A stretch of 20,000 bases of DNA from an uncultured Ignavibacteriales bacterium (GTDB taxonomy: Bacteria > Zixibacteria > MSB-5A5 > GN15 > JAAZOE01). Below the pieces are notes generated by a model, which saw nothing but the letters and a program-made list of their open reading frames with translations, was not told the origin of the DNA and did no database searches. This document shows positions 7,942-15,493 of the stretch, piece after piece. Numbering within the stretch: the first letter of the stretch is position 1; every line of letters starts with the position of its first letter. The translations under genes were made by a program, and so were the position numbers. Location of the stretch: assembly GCA_964611355.1 (NCBI GenBank), contig CAZSYD010000009.1, positions 49,731 to 69,730 of the forward strand, in the 5' to 3' direction.

Positions 7942-9615
7942 GTGGTTAGTGTGACGGCAAATGTCATTCTTGGCGTTCTGGTGGTTATTCTGGGGTGGCT
8001 TTTAATTTCCCGGCATCGCCAGCTGAAAAAAGTCAATCCGATATCCAATCTCGATCAGGTGCTGGCAAATCTCCAGGCAAACCTGGCTACCAACCGCGCC
8101 GAGGGCAAAATCCAGAAAGTGGCCGGTGAACTGTCTGATATTTTAATCAACAACCTTCAATCCGACAGGATTCTTTTTTTCCGCAGGCAGCGCCGTTTTA
8201 TGGAAATGAACTACGTTTACGGCCTTAGAAATATCCAGCGTTCCCAATATCGGATAAAACTGTCCAGTGAGCTGGCCAAAAAACTTACCGCCGCAAACCT
8301 GATTCATCATCCCGACGAGTTCGAGACTCTTTTGAGTGAAGAACTCCGCGGATTGCTAAAGCGGGAGCAATTTAACATCGTTTTTCCGATATTTTGGCTG
8401 GACAATCTATTTGGGGTCTATTTTATCCGCACCAGGCTATCTGTCGATCATCCGCTGATTAAGACGTTTTTCCTTTACCTCAATCAAAACCTGTCGGCGG
8501 CTTATCAGATAAAGAGGCTGGAGTCAACCCGCCAGGTGCTGGAACAAAAAATCGAAAATGATCGCAGGATCATTGAGCAACTCGAAGAAAACCGGGAACG
8601 GATTGCCGAGATTGATGAAAACCCCGGACACCTGATAGAAATGTTTAATCATAGAAAAATCGAAGATTTGATGACCGGTCTTTTCAGTAAGGTTAAGGCT
8701 GGATTGAAGGCCGACAGGCTTGCTTTCTATTCGCCGCCGGCACGCGAGGGGCGCGATGATCTGAAATTCACCCTGGGATTTGATCGGGACGGATTCAAAC
8801 TCAATGGGGCGGAGTTTTCCAGGATATTCGGCGAGTTAAAGAAGCATAATCTTAGTGTTTATGATGCGGAACGATTGCCGGAACTGTTGGGGACGGATGT
8901 TCTTAAAGAGAGCATGAATCAGTTGAAACTAAACAACGTTTCGGAATTCTCCCTTGCCGAAGATAAGCCGGGGCTGCTTTTCTGGTCGGGCAGAAGCGGA
9001 AATGTCGAGGGCGGAAAGCGCCTTTTGGACCGGTTGGAGAAGGTAGGCCGGAGGGCTCTGAAAAACGCCGTCGAATTTGAACGGCTGGAAGAGAAATCGT
9101 ATACGGACAGCCTGACGGGGTTATATAATCACCGGTATTTTATAAAGCGACTCAGTGAGGAAATTCAGAGAGCTTCCCGGTATCGCCGTAGTCTTGGCCT
9201 GATGTTATTCGATATTGATGATTTCAAGCTCTACAATGATAAGTTCGGTCATCAATGGGGCGATGAGTTGCTGCGCCGGATGGGCTCTACTCTTGCGCGA
9301 TCCTTGAGATCGATCGATATTGTCTCTCGTTACGGTGGAGATGAGTTCTGTATTATTATGCCGGAAGCGGATAGATCGACCTGCAGTATTTTCATGGAGC
9401 GGCTGCGATATGCCATCGCCGTAACCGATTTTCGCGACCGGGCCGACGGTTTTGAAGGAAAGATTACCATCAGCATCGGCAGCAGCATATTTCCCGACGA
9501 CGCCGACAGCGCCGAAAAACTGATCTATTACGCTGATATGGCTCTTTTGCGTTCCAAGGCTCTGGGGCGCAACCGAAGTACCTGTTTTGGCCCTGAAATC
9601 CTTGAAGAACAGTAG
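7942..9615 (+). CDS. Membrane-anchored diguanylate cyclase (GGDEF) with degenerate GAF-like sensor region
   Basis: N-terminal TM (VILGVLVVILGWLLI) and a central coiled coil. Motifs YTDSLTGLYNHRYF, DIDDFKLYNDKFGHQWGD, RSID I-site five residues before an intact GGDEF, TISIG, ADMALLRSKALGRN. Confidence 0.92.
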   Translation: MVSVTANVILGVLVVILGWLLISRHRQLKKVNPISNLDQVLANLQANLATNRAEGKIQKVAGELSDILINNLQSDRILFFRRQRRFMEMNYVYGLRNIQRSQYRIKLSSELAKKLTAANLIHHPDEFETLLSEELRGLLKREQFNIVFPIFWLDNLFGVYFIRTRLSVDHPLIKTFFLYLNQNLSAAYQIKRLESTRQVLEQKIENDRRIIEQLEENRERIAEIDENPGHLIEMFNHRKIEDLMTGLFSKVKAGLKADRLAFYSPPAREGRDDLKFTLGFDRDGFKLNGAEFSRIFGELKKHNLSVYDAERLPELLGTDVLKESMNQLKLNNVSEFSLAEDKPGLLFWSGRSGNVEGGKRLLDRLEKVGRRALKNAVEFERLEEKSYTDSLTGLYNHRYFIKRLSEEIQRASRYRRSLGLMLFDIDDFKLYNDKFGHQWGDELLRRMGSTLARSLRSIDIVSRYGGDEFCIIMPEADRSTCSIFMERLRYAIAVTDFRDRADGFEGKITISIGSSIFPDDADSAEKLIYYADMALLRSKALGRNRSTCFGPEILEEQ

Positions 9616-9705
9616 ACTCCCGTTTGCGCTGACGACTTAAACGGCATCTCCGTCCTGACGCATAATGTTGCCTGCCTCGTCAGCCGGTCGGGGAAGCAAT
9701 TACCC

Positions 9706-9765
9706 TTGACATAAGATTTGAAAGCGGTTAAATACCTGTAAATTAATAATGAACGATGTCGATTT
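9706..9765 (+). promoter_or_regulatory. Tandem sigma70-like and sigma28-like promoter motifs upstream of the TPR/BY-kinase operon
   Basis: TTGACA(9706-9711)-17bp-TAAATA(9729-9734), and TAAA(9739-9742)-15bp-GTCGATTT(9758-9765). Confidence 0.45.
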
Positions 9766-9816
9766 TCTATGATGGAAGGCTCTTATATAAAAGGTTAAAA
9801 TCCTAAGGATATTGGT

Positions 9817-10947
9817 ATGGAAAGCTTTCGCCTAAAGAGCAAAGTCTCGGTAGATGACAAGGAATTCCTGGTTCAGACTGTCAATGACGCCAGCCAGAAA
9901 TCGGTGGTTTCGTCGCTTTTCGTTGATGGGAAAATCCTGGAGATATCCCATTATCCCCATGACGAGGAAATGACCGACCGGGATGTACTGAAGATTGTTC
10001 AAAGCACTCATAACGTGAAGAAATCGGAATTGGAACAGCTTCTTTCGATGCGCCAAAAGGTAACCGGTTCGGGGGACACCGACCTGATGCTCAACCTGGG
10101 AATAACCTTCTATTGCAAACGGATCTATGATGAGGCTCGTGAATTATTTGCCGCCATTCTGGAGATAAAGTCGGATCATCATCAGGCGGCCAATTATCTG
10201 GGCCTGGTCTGCCTGGAACAGGGCGATTTTGAGGAGGCGCTTAAAGGGTTGTCTCGGGCGGTGGAGTTACGGCCTGCCTATGCGGATTATCACAATAATT
10301 ACGGTGAGGCGCTTTTGGAGGCTGAGTTTTGCCAGCGGGCCGTTGAAGAGCTGGAAACCGCGTTGAAGCTCAATACTTATTACGCAGACGCCTATTTTAA
10401 TCTCGGTATTGCCTATGTTTTCAATGCTATCAAGCGCGAAGATTTTGAAATGTACTCCAACATGCGGGAGAAGACTGCCGATCTTTTTGACCGGGCCGCC
10501 TTAATTTCGCCCGAGTTCAAAACGGTTCAATACGATGAAGCGCGGGAAGTGTTCCGACTGAATGACCTGCCGCGGGCTTTGAACCTGTTTAAGGCCGTTC
10601 GCGGCGGCAAGAAAGAATTAAGCCGACAGCGATTCTCCGGTTTTTACATCGGTTTTCTGCTTTATTCGGATTGGGTAAATGAGAAGGTGGTAGAGGACAG
10701 GATCCGGTTCCTGAAAGAGAGAATCGCCGTAAATCCAAATTATGTTGACCTGCGCCAGGAACTGGCTTTTTGCCACCTTCATCAGGCCCGGCTTAACTGG
10801 AAAAAAGCAATTGATCAATTAAGTGAAGCTTGTGAAATGAATCCGCACCTGAGTAAAGCGGAAAAAAGCCTTGAATGCGCGGAGGAGTTCACGGAGACAA
10901 TGAAAGAAGTCGTGGCGGAAATCGTCAAAACCGGGCAGAGTGAATAA
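9817..10947 (+). CDS. Cytoplasmic TPR-repeat protein with a small N-terminal alpha/beta domain
   Basis: SD-like AAGGA before the ATG. Canonical TPRs NLGITFY...EARELF, ANYLGLVCLEQGDFEEALKGLSRAVELRPAYADYHNNYG and YADAYFNLGIAY. No signal peptide. Confidence 0.85.
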   Translation: MESFRLKSKVSVDDKEFLVQTVNDASQKSVVSSLFVDGKILEISHYPHDEEMTDRDVLKIVQSTHNVKKSELEQLLSMRQKVTGSGDTDLMLNLGITFYCKRIYDEARELFAAILEIKSDHHQAANYLGLVCLEQGDFEEALKGLSRAVELRPAYADYHNNYGEALLEAEFCQRAVEELETALKLNTYYADAYFNLGIAYVFNAIKREDFEMYSNMREKTADLFDRAALISPEFKTVQYDEAREVFRLNDLPRALNLFKAVRGGKKELSRQRFSGFYIGFLLYSDWVNEKVVEDRIRFLKERIAVNPNYVDLRQELAFCHLHQARLNWKKAIDQLSEACEMNPHLSKAEKSLECAEEFTETMKEVVAEIVKTGQSE

Positions 10948-10953
10948 TATCGA

Positions 10954-11676
10954 TTGGAAACAGGAATGGGAAAAGGTTCCAAAGGAATAGACTTATCCGA
11001 TTATTATGATATGGAGTCGCCCTATTCGACCGAATTTCGCCGGCTTCTGCGTAATATTAACGGGTACGATCCAAGTCGAGACTTAAAAACTATCCTGGTC
11101 ACCTCGGCCATGCTGGCTGAAGGTAAATCCACCGTGACTGCTTTTCTGGCGCTTACGGCCGCCCACCATAGTAAGCACAAGATCCTGCTGGTAGATTGTG
11201 ACCTGCGTCGACCAACGCTTCACCGGCTGTTCGCGGTGCCCCGCGATAACGGCGTTTCCGAAATCCTGCTGGAAGAGAAAAAAGTTAAGGATACTATTAA
11301 AGAAACCTCGACAAATCTTCTTGATATAATCACCGCCGGTAAGGTGGTTTCCCAACCGACGGCAATGTTTGATTCGGCTGCCATCAGTAAGCTGCTGGAA
11401 GAAGTCCGCTTTTATTACGACTTGATCCTTGTCGATTGCGCCCCGGTTCTGCCGGTTTCCGACCCGATGCTTCTGGCTTCGGAGATGGACGGGGTGATTC
11501 TGGTGGTCAAAGCCGGAACAACTCAGCGCGAGGTGGCCAAGCGAGCGGCCCTGTTGCTTCAGAACGACAAAACCCGCCTTCTCGGAGTTGTCATTAATAA
11601 TCTCTCCAATGCCCTGCCGTATTATTACAATGAATCGTATTACGGCTACGAATACGGGCCGCGGGGGAAATCATAA
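10954..11676 (+). CDS. CpsD/CapB-family bacterial tyrosine (BY) kinase, stand-alone cytoplasmic type
   Basis: EFRRL motif, Walker A TSAMLAEGKST, Walker A' LLVDCDLRRP, Walker B ILVDCAP, and C-terminal tyrosine cluster YYYNESYYGYEY. The start may be ATG 10966 rather than TTG 10954. Confidence 0.9.
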   Translation: METGMGKGSKGIDLSDYYDMESPYSTEFRRLLRNINGYDPSRDLKTILVTSAMLAEGKSTVTAFLALTAAHHSKHKILLVDCDLRRPTLHRLFAVPRDNGVSEILLEEKKVKDTIKETSTNLLDIITAGKVVSQPTAMFDSAAISKLLEEVRFYYDLILVDCAPVLPVSDPMLLASEMDGVILVVKAGTTQREVAKRAALLLQNDKTRLLGVVINNLSNALPYYYNESYYGYEYGPRGKS

Positions 11677-11686
11677 TTTTCCGGTA

Positions 11687-12526
11687 ATGAAAAATATACT
11701 GACGGTTGATCTCGAAGACTGGTTCTCGGTCGAAACCTTTAATACCGTATTTAACCATGACACCTGGGAAGAACAGAAATCGGTAGTTGAGCATAACACC
11801 GAAAAAATCCTGGGGATATTCAGAAATCATCGGGTTAAGGCCACTTTTTTTGTCTTGGGATGGGTGGCTGATCATTACCCTGATCTTGTTGCCCGGGTGG
11901 CTGAAGAAGGACACGAAATAGCCTGCCACAGTTATTATCACCGCATGGTCTGCTCGCTGACGCCGGAGGAGTTCAAAAAGGATACAGACATGGCCATCGA
12001 AGCTGTTGTCAACGCCTGCGGCCGGGCGCCTTTGGGGTATCGTTCTCCCAGTTGGGGTATGAAAGGCGATATGACCTGGGCCTATGAAATCCTGAAAGAA
12101 AAGGGGTTCAGCTATGATTCCTCCATATTTCCGATTCGGCATGACATATACGGCGACCCCGGCGCTCCCCGCGAAATATACCGTGTAACTCTGCCCTCAG
12201 GCGGCTCGATTATGGAGATTCCGGCCTCGACGGTTATGATATTCGGCCGCCGGTTTCCGATCGGCGGGGGCGGTTGGCTCAGGCAGTTTCCGTATTGGTT
12301 TACTCGGTGGGGTATCAGAAGACTTAATCGGGAAGATATTCCGGTCGTTGTTTATTTTCATCCATGGGAGCTTGATGGCGAAATCCCCCGCGTTAAGCTT
12401 GACCTGAAAAACCGCATCCGCCAGTACGGCGGTTTAAATACAATGGGGACCAAAGTCAAAAAGCTGCTTCGGGATTTTGATTTTATGCCAATTAAGGACT
12501 ATATTAAGAGCCTCAACTCCCAATAG
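11687..12526 (+). CDS. Polysaccharide deacetylase (CE4, PEP-CTERM/XrtA-system-associated type with DUF3473-like C-terminus)
   Basis: MKNILTVDLEDWF start (ATG 11687 preferred over the 11588 ORF-track start, which overlaps the kinase). Motifs ATFFVLG, GHEIACHSYYH, GYRSPSW, YDSSIFP, GGGWLR, YFHPWELD. Confidence 0.9.
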   Translation: MKNILTVDLEDWFSVETFNTVFNHDTWEEQKSVVEHNTEKILGIFRNHRVKATFFVLGWVADHYPDLVARVAEEGHEIACHSYYHRMVCSLTPEEFKKDTDMAIEAVVNACGRAPLGYRSPSWGMKGDMTWAYEILKEKGFSYDSSIFPIRHDIYGDPGAPREIYRVTLPSGGSIMEIPASTVMIFGRRFPIGGGGWLRQFPYWFTRWGIRRLNREDIPVVVYFHPWELDGEIPRVKLDLKNRIRQYGGLNTMGTKVKKLLRDFDFMPIKDYIKSLNSQ

Positions 12527-12540
12527 GATGATAAGAATAT

Positions 12541-13380
12541 ATGAAGTCAAAAGTTGCTGTAATAAAAACCTCACCGGAAACGGTTATTGAAGATTATCAC
12601 CGGTTGCTGGGTTTGGCTAATTACAGGGACGGACTCGATTTCGGTACCGATACCATCTTGAAGTTGAATCTGTCCTGGACCAAGTATTTCCCGTCATGTT
12701 CATCTCAACCGTGGCAGGTGGAAGGGGTCGTCAGGGCTTTGCTGGATGACGGTTTTCCGCCGGAAAGACTGCTTCCTCTCGAAAATAAAACAGTCGTAAC
12801 CAATCCGATCAAGGGAGCCAAAAGCAACCTTTGGACGCCGATTTTGAAAAAACATAGTTTGCCCTTTATATCTCTTCTGGAGCAGGAATGGATCGTCTAT
12901 GAATTCAAATCGAAACTTTTAAGATTAAATGAGATATTCCCGGAAGGGATAGAAATCCCGAAGATGTACGTCGGTAAACAGATTATCCATTTCCCGACGG
13001 TTAAAACGCACGGTCATTCGGTGACCACCGGCGCCATCAAGAATGCTTTCGGCGGACTCCTGAAGGAAGTCCGCCACTATGCTCACAAGTATATCCATGA
13101 AGTTCTCGTCGATTTGATGCTGATGCAAAAGGAACTNNNNNNNNNNNNNNNNNNNNNNNNNNNNNNNNNNNNNNNNNNNNNNNNNNNNNNNNNNNNNNNN
13201 NNNNNNNNNNNNNNNNNNNNNNNNNNNNNNNNNNNNCTGGTGGTCTGGGCGCCGTTTGCTTCCAACGTTTATCACGATTTATTCTGGTACCCGATTATTG
13301 GAAAGTCAATCATTCGCAGGTATAATCGGACCAAATGGGGGAAACTGTTCCGGCGTTACGAGGCCGGGGATTTTTCCTGA
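12541..13380 (+). CDS. DUF362 domain-containing protein (interrupted by assembly gap)
   Basis: SKVAVIK..., LKLNLSW...PSCSSQPWQVEG and PTVKTHGHSVTTGAIKNAFGG (KTH...TxAxKNxFG, DUF362-like). Joining across the N gap is assumed. Confidence 0.7.
   Translation: MKSKVAVIKTSPETVIEDYHRLLGLANYRDGLDFGTDTILKLNLSWTKYFPSCSSQPWQVEGVVRALLDDGFPPERLLPLENKTVVTNPIKGAKSNLWTPILKKHSLPFISLLEQEWIVYEFKSKLLRLNEIFPEGIEIPKMYVGKQIIHFPTVKTHGHSVTTGAIKNAFGGLLKEVRHYAHKYIHEVLVDLMLMQKEXXXXXXXXXXXXXXXXXXXXXXXXXXXXXXXXXXLVVWAPFASNVYHDLFWYPIIGKSIIRRYNRTKWGKLFRRYEAGDFS
13137..13236. other. Scaffold gap (100 N)
   Basis: Run of exactly 100 N, a typical placeholder of unknown true length. Confidence 0.98.
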
Positions 13381-13440
13381 TAAATAACAGAGTCAAATCA
13401 TAAATCATTTGTATTATCAGATTGATTTTGAGTATAACCG

Positions 13441-13466
13441 GCAACTTTTTGGTTTGCATTTCGTCT
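13441..13466 (+). promoter_or_regulatory. ECF (SigW-like) sigma factor promoter
   Basis: GCAAC(13441-13445)-16bp-CGTCT(13462-13466), the AAC/CGT pattern and spacing typical of ECF promoters, with a T-tract after the -35. Confidence 0.55.
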
Positions 13467-13474
13467 GAGAAAAC

Positions 13475-14419
13475 ATGAGCGACGATTCAACCGCTATAAA
13501 AATATCCGATCTGTCAAAACGTTATAAGGGCGGTTTTGGCAAACCGGGTGTGCCGGCCTTGTCCGGTGTCAACTTGCAAGTAAAACACGGTGAAATCTTT
13601 GGCCTGCTTGGGCCCAACGGCGCGGGTAAAACGACCCTGATTAAAATCCTCCTGGGAGCACTCCGGCCTACATCCGGGACGGCTTCGATAAATGGTTATG
13701 ACATCAGTAACCGGTGTTCGCGCCGGGAGGCCGGGTTTCTTCCGGAAAATCATCGTTTCCCCCCGTATCTGACCGGTATGCAGATGCTTTTGACTTTCGG
13801 TGGCATGAGCGGTCTGTCTCGTTCGGAAATCAGATCGAAAGCTGACGCTCTGCTGGAAATGGTCAGGATGTCGAAATGGCGGAACACAAAAATAAAAAAG
13901 TACTCCAAGGGGATGATGCAGCGTCTTGGAATGGCCCAGGCGATGCTCAATGACCCGGAGACAGTATTTCTTGACGAGCCGACCGACGGTGTCGATCCGG
14001 TCGGCCGCCATGAAATCCGTACCATCCTGCTTGATTTGAAAAAACTTGGCAAAACCATATTTCTTAATTCGCATCTTCTCGCCGAAGTGGAAGCGATCTG
14101 CGACCGGGTGGCGATTCTTGATAAGGGAAAGCTAATCAGGACCGGTCCTGTTGCTGGTTTGATCGGGGGAAAGCCGGCTTATAGGGTGGAAACGGTCGCG
14201 CTCGATTCTGAAATTACTTCGAGGGTCAAAGAAAACTATTCCCAGGCGACAATCGAAGGCAATACTATTACGATCACGTTTGATGAACCCTGTCATATAA
14301 ATGATTTGATTGATTTATTACGGCAAAACCGGGTTGAGCTGGTATCGGTCGCGCCAGTCAGGATGAGCCTCGAGGAAAGCTTCCTGGAACTGATCAAAGG
14401 AGGCGAGCGGCATGAATAA
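13475..14419 (+). CDS. ABC transporter ATP-binding protein (ABC-2/drug-exporter type)
   Basis: Walker A GPNGAGKTT, signature YSKGM, Walker B VFLDEP, H-loop NSH. Confidence 0.95.
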   Translation: MSDDSTAIKISDLSKRYKGGFGKPGVPALSGVNLQVKHGEIFGLLGPNGAGKTTLIKILLGALRPTSGTASINGYDISNRCSRREAGFLPENHRFPPYLTGMQMLLTFGGMSGLSRSEIRSKADALLEMVRMSKWRNTKIKKYSKGMMQRLGMAQAMLNDPETVFLDEPTDGVDPVGRHEIRTILLDLKKLGKTIFLNSHLLAEVEAICDRVAILDKGKLIRTGPVAGLIGGKPAYRVETVALDSEITSRVKENYSQATIEGNTITITFDEPCHINDLIDLLRQNRVELVSVAPVRMSLEESFLELIKGGERHE

Positions 14420-15212
14420 GTTTCTTGCCATCCTTTACGATTCGTTTCTGGAGGTCAAAGATCGCAAGATATTCTATCTCTATTTGCTGATTGCGGCGGT
14501 AATGGTTTTGTTTTTTGCCGTCATTCCCGGTTCGCTAAAAATCAACGGCCGCGGCATAATCGAAAGCGGCATCGTTGATGAAGCCATGATTACCGATGTC
14601 CTGGCGCACTTTTTTAACGGCTTTTTCGGGTTTATGATTTTCCTGATGGTTTTCGGTTCGGCCGGGCTGGTGCCGTCATTCCTGCGCAAGGGAAGAGTCG
14701 AACTAAACCTGTCCAAACCGATCAATCGTTATTGGCTTATTTCGATGAAATTCTTCGCCGTTTTTCTGATCATGATCGCGATTCTGACTCTTGTTGCCAC
14801 TGTTGTCTGGTTGACCATATCCTTGAGAACCGGCCTTTTCTTCGGTGGGTATTTTTATGGTCTGCTTCTTTCCTTCGTGCAGTTTCTGATAGTCTATTCC
14901 ATCGTGTTCATAATCGGAATTCTTACGAATTCGGGCGCCGCCGCGATTATGGGTTATTTTATCATCCGCATCGGTGCCGGGTTGCTGGCCGGCCGAGAAG
15001 TTATTTATGGTTTTCTTGGCGATTCCGTCTGGAAGACGATTCTTGACGTTTTATATCATATCCTGCCTAAAATCGGCGAGATGTCGGGCAATTATATCTC
15101 TCTTATGACCGGCAACGGCCCCGGCGATATTTACCCCGTCTGGTCGTCTCTTTTTTTTGCCGCCGCAGTTTTTCTATTGGCGCTTTTGTACTTCAATCGC
15201 CGGGATTATTAA
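14412..15212 (+). CDS. ABC-2 family transporter permease
   Basis: About 6 hydrophobic segments, G..EL.LSKPINR motif and FNRRDY C-terminus. AGGAGG SD and 8-bp overlap with the ATPase gene. Confidence 0.9.
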   Translation: MNKFLAILYDSFLEVKDRKIFYLYLLIAAVMVLFFAVIPGSLKINGRGIIESGIVDEAMITDVLAHFFNGFFGFMIFLMVFGSAGLVPSFLRKGRVELNLSKPINRYWLISMKFFAVFLIMIAILTLVATVVWLTISLRTGLFFGGYFYGLLLSFVQFLIVYSIVFIIGILTNSGAAAIMGYFIIRIGAGLLAGREVIYGFLGDSVWKTILDVLYHILPKIGEMSGNYISLMTGNGPGDIYPVWSSLFFAAAVFLLALLYFNRRDY

Positions 15213-15256
15213 GTAATAGAGCAATCTCCAATAATAATCGCAATGTGTTCTTCCGC

Positions 15257-15285
15257 TTGAATTATTACTTTTACTTCAGTATATT
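15257..15285 (+). promoter_or_regulatory. Sigma70-like promoter for the dipeptidase operon
   Basis: TTGAAT(15257-15262)-17bp-TATATT(15280-15285). Confidence 0.55.
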
Positions 15286-15323
15286 TTGTAATTAAAAACA
15301 GCCGGGTTCCGGGCAGACCGACC

Positions 15324-15447
15324 CGTCATTGCGAGGAATCTGAGCCTCCGGGGCGAGGGTGACGAAGCAATCTCGAATTATTGAATTACGAAGAGGTTTT
15401 GAGATTGCGGCGGTCGCCCCGCCATTTGGCGGGCGACCTCGCAATGA
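15324..15447. repeat. CGTC-tagged REP-like palindromic element (inverted dimer)
   Basis: Starts CGTCATTGCGAGG. Terminal IR TCATTGCGAGG(15326-15336)/CCTCGCAATGA(15437-15447). Inner IR GCAATCTC(15367-15374)/GAGATTGC(15401-15408). Internal hairpin GGTCGCCC-C-GCC-ATTT-GGC-GGGCGACC (15412-15438). Confidence 0.8.
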
Positions 15448-15493
15448 TCAGCGGTTAAAATATCGGCAAACGTAACATGTAGGAGAAAATATC

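Noticed and set aside
9620..9690. CTGACGA with complementary TCGTCAG, resembling a hammerhead core or alternative hairpins
   Set aside because: There is no properly placed stem II-GAAA element, and the pairings are short (6-8 bp) and could be chance.
10954..11676. ParA/MinD-family ATPase call
   Set aside because: The C-terminal tyrosine cluster and the DCDLRRP and EFRRL motifs identify a BY-kinase.
11588..11686. Longer N-terminus for the deacetylase given by the ORF track
   Set aside because: It overlaps the BY-kinase tyrosine cluster; the family starts at MKNILTVD (ATG 11687).
15324..15447. REP element as an autonomous IS, CRISPR repeat or tRNA
   Set aside because: It has no transposase, no repeat-spacer periodicity, and no cloverleaf or T-loop consensus.
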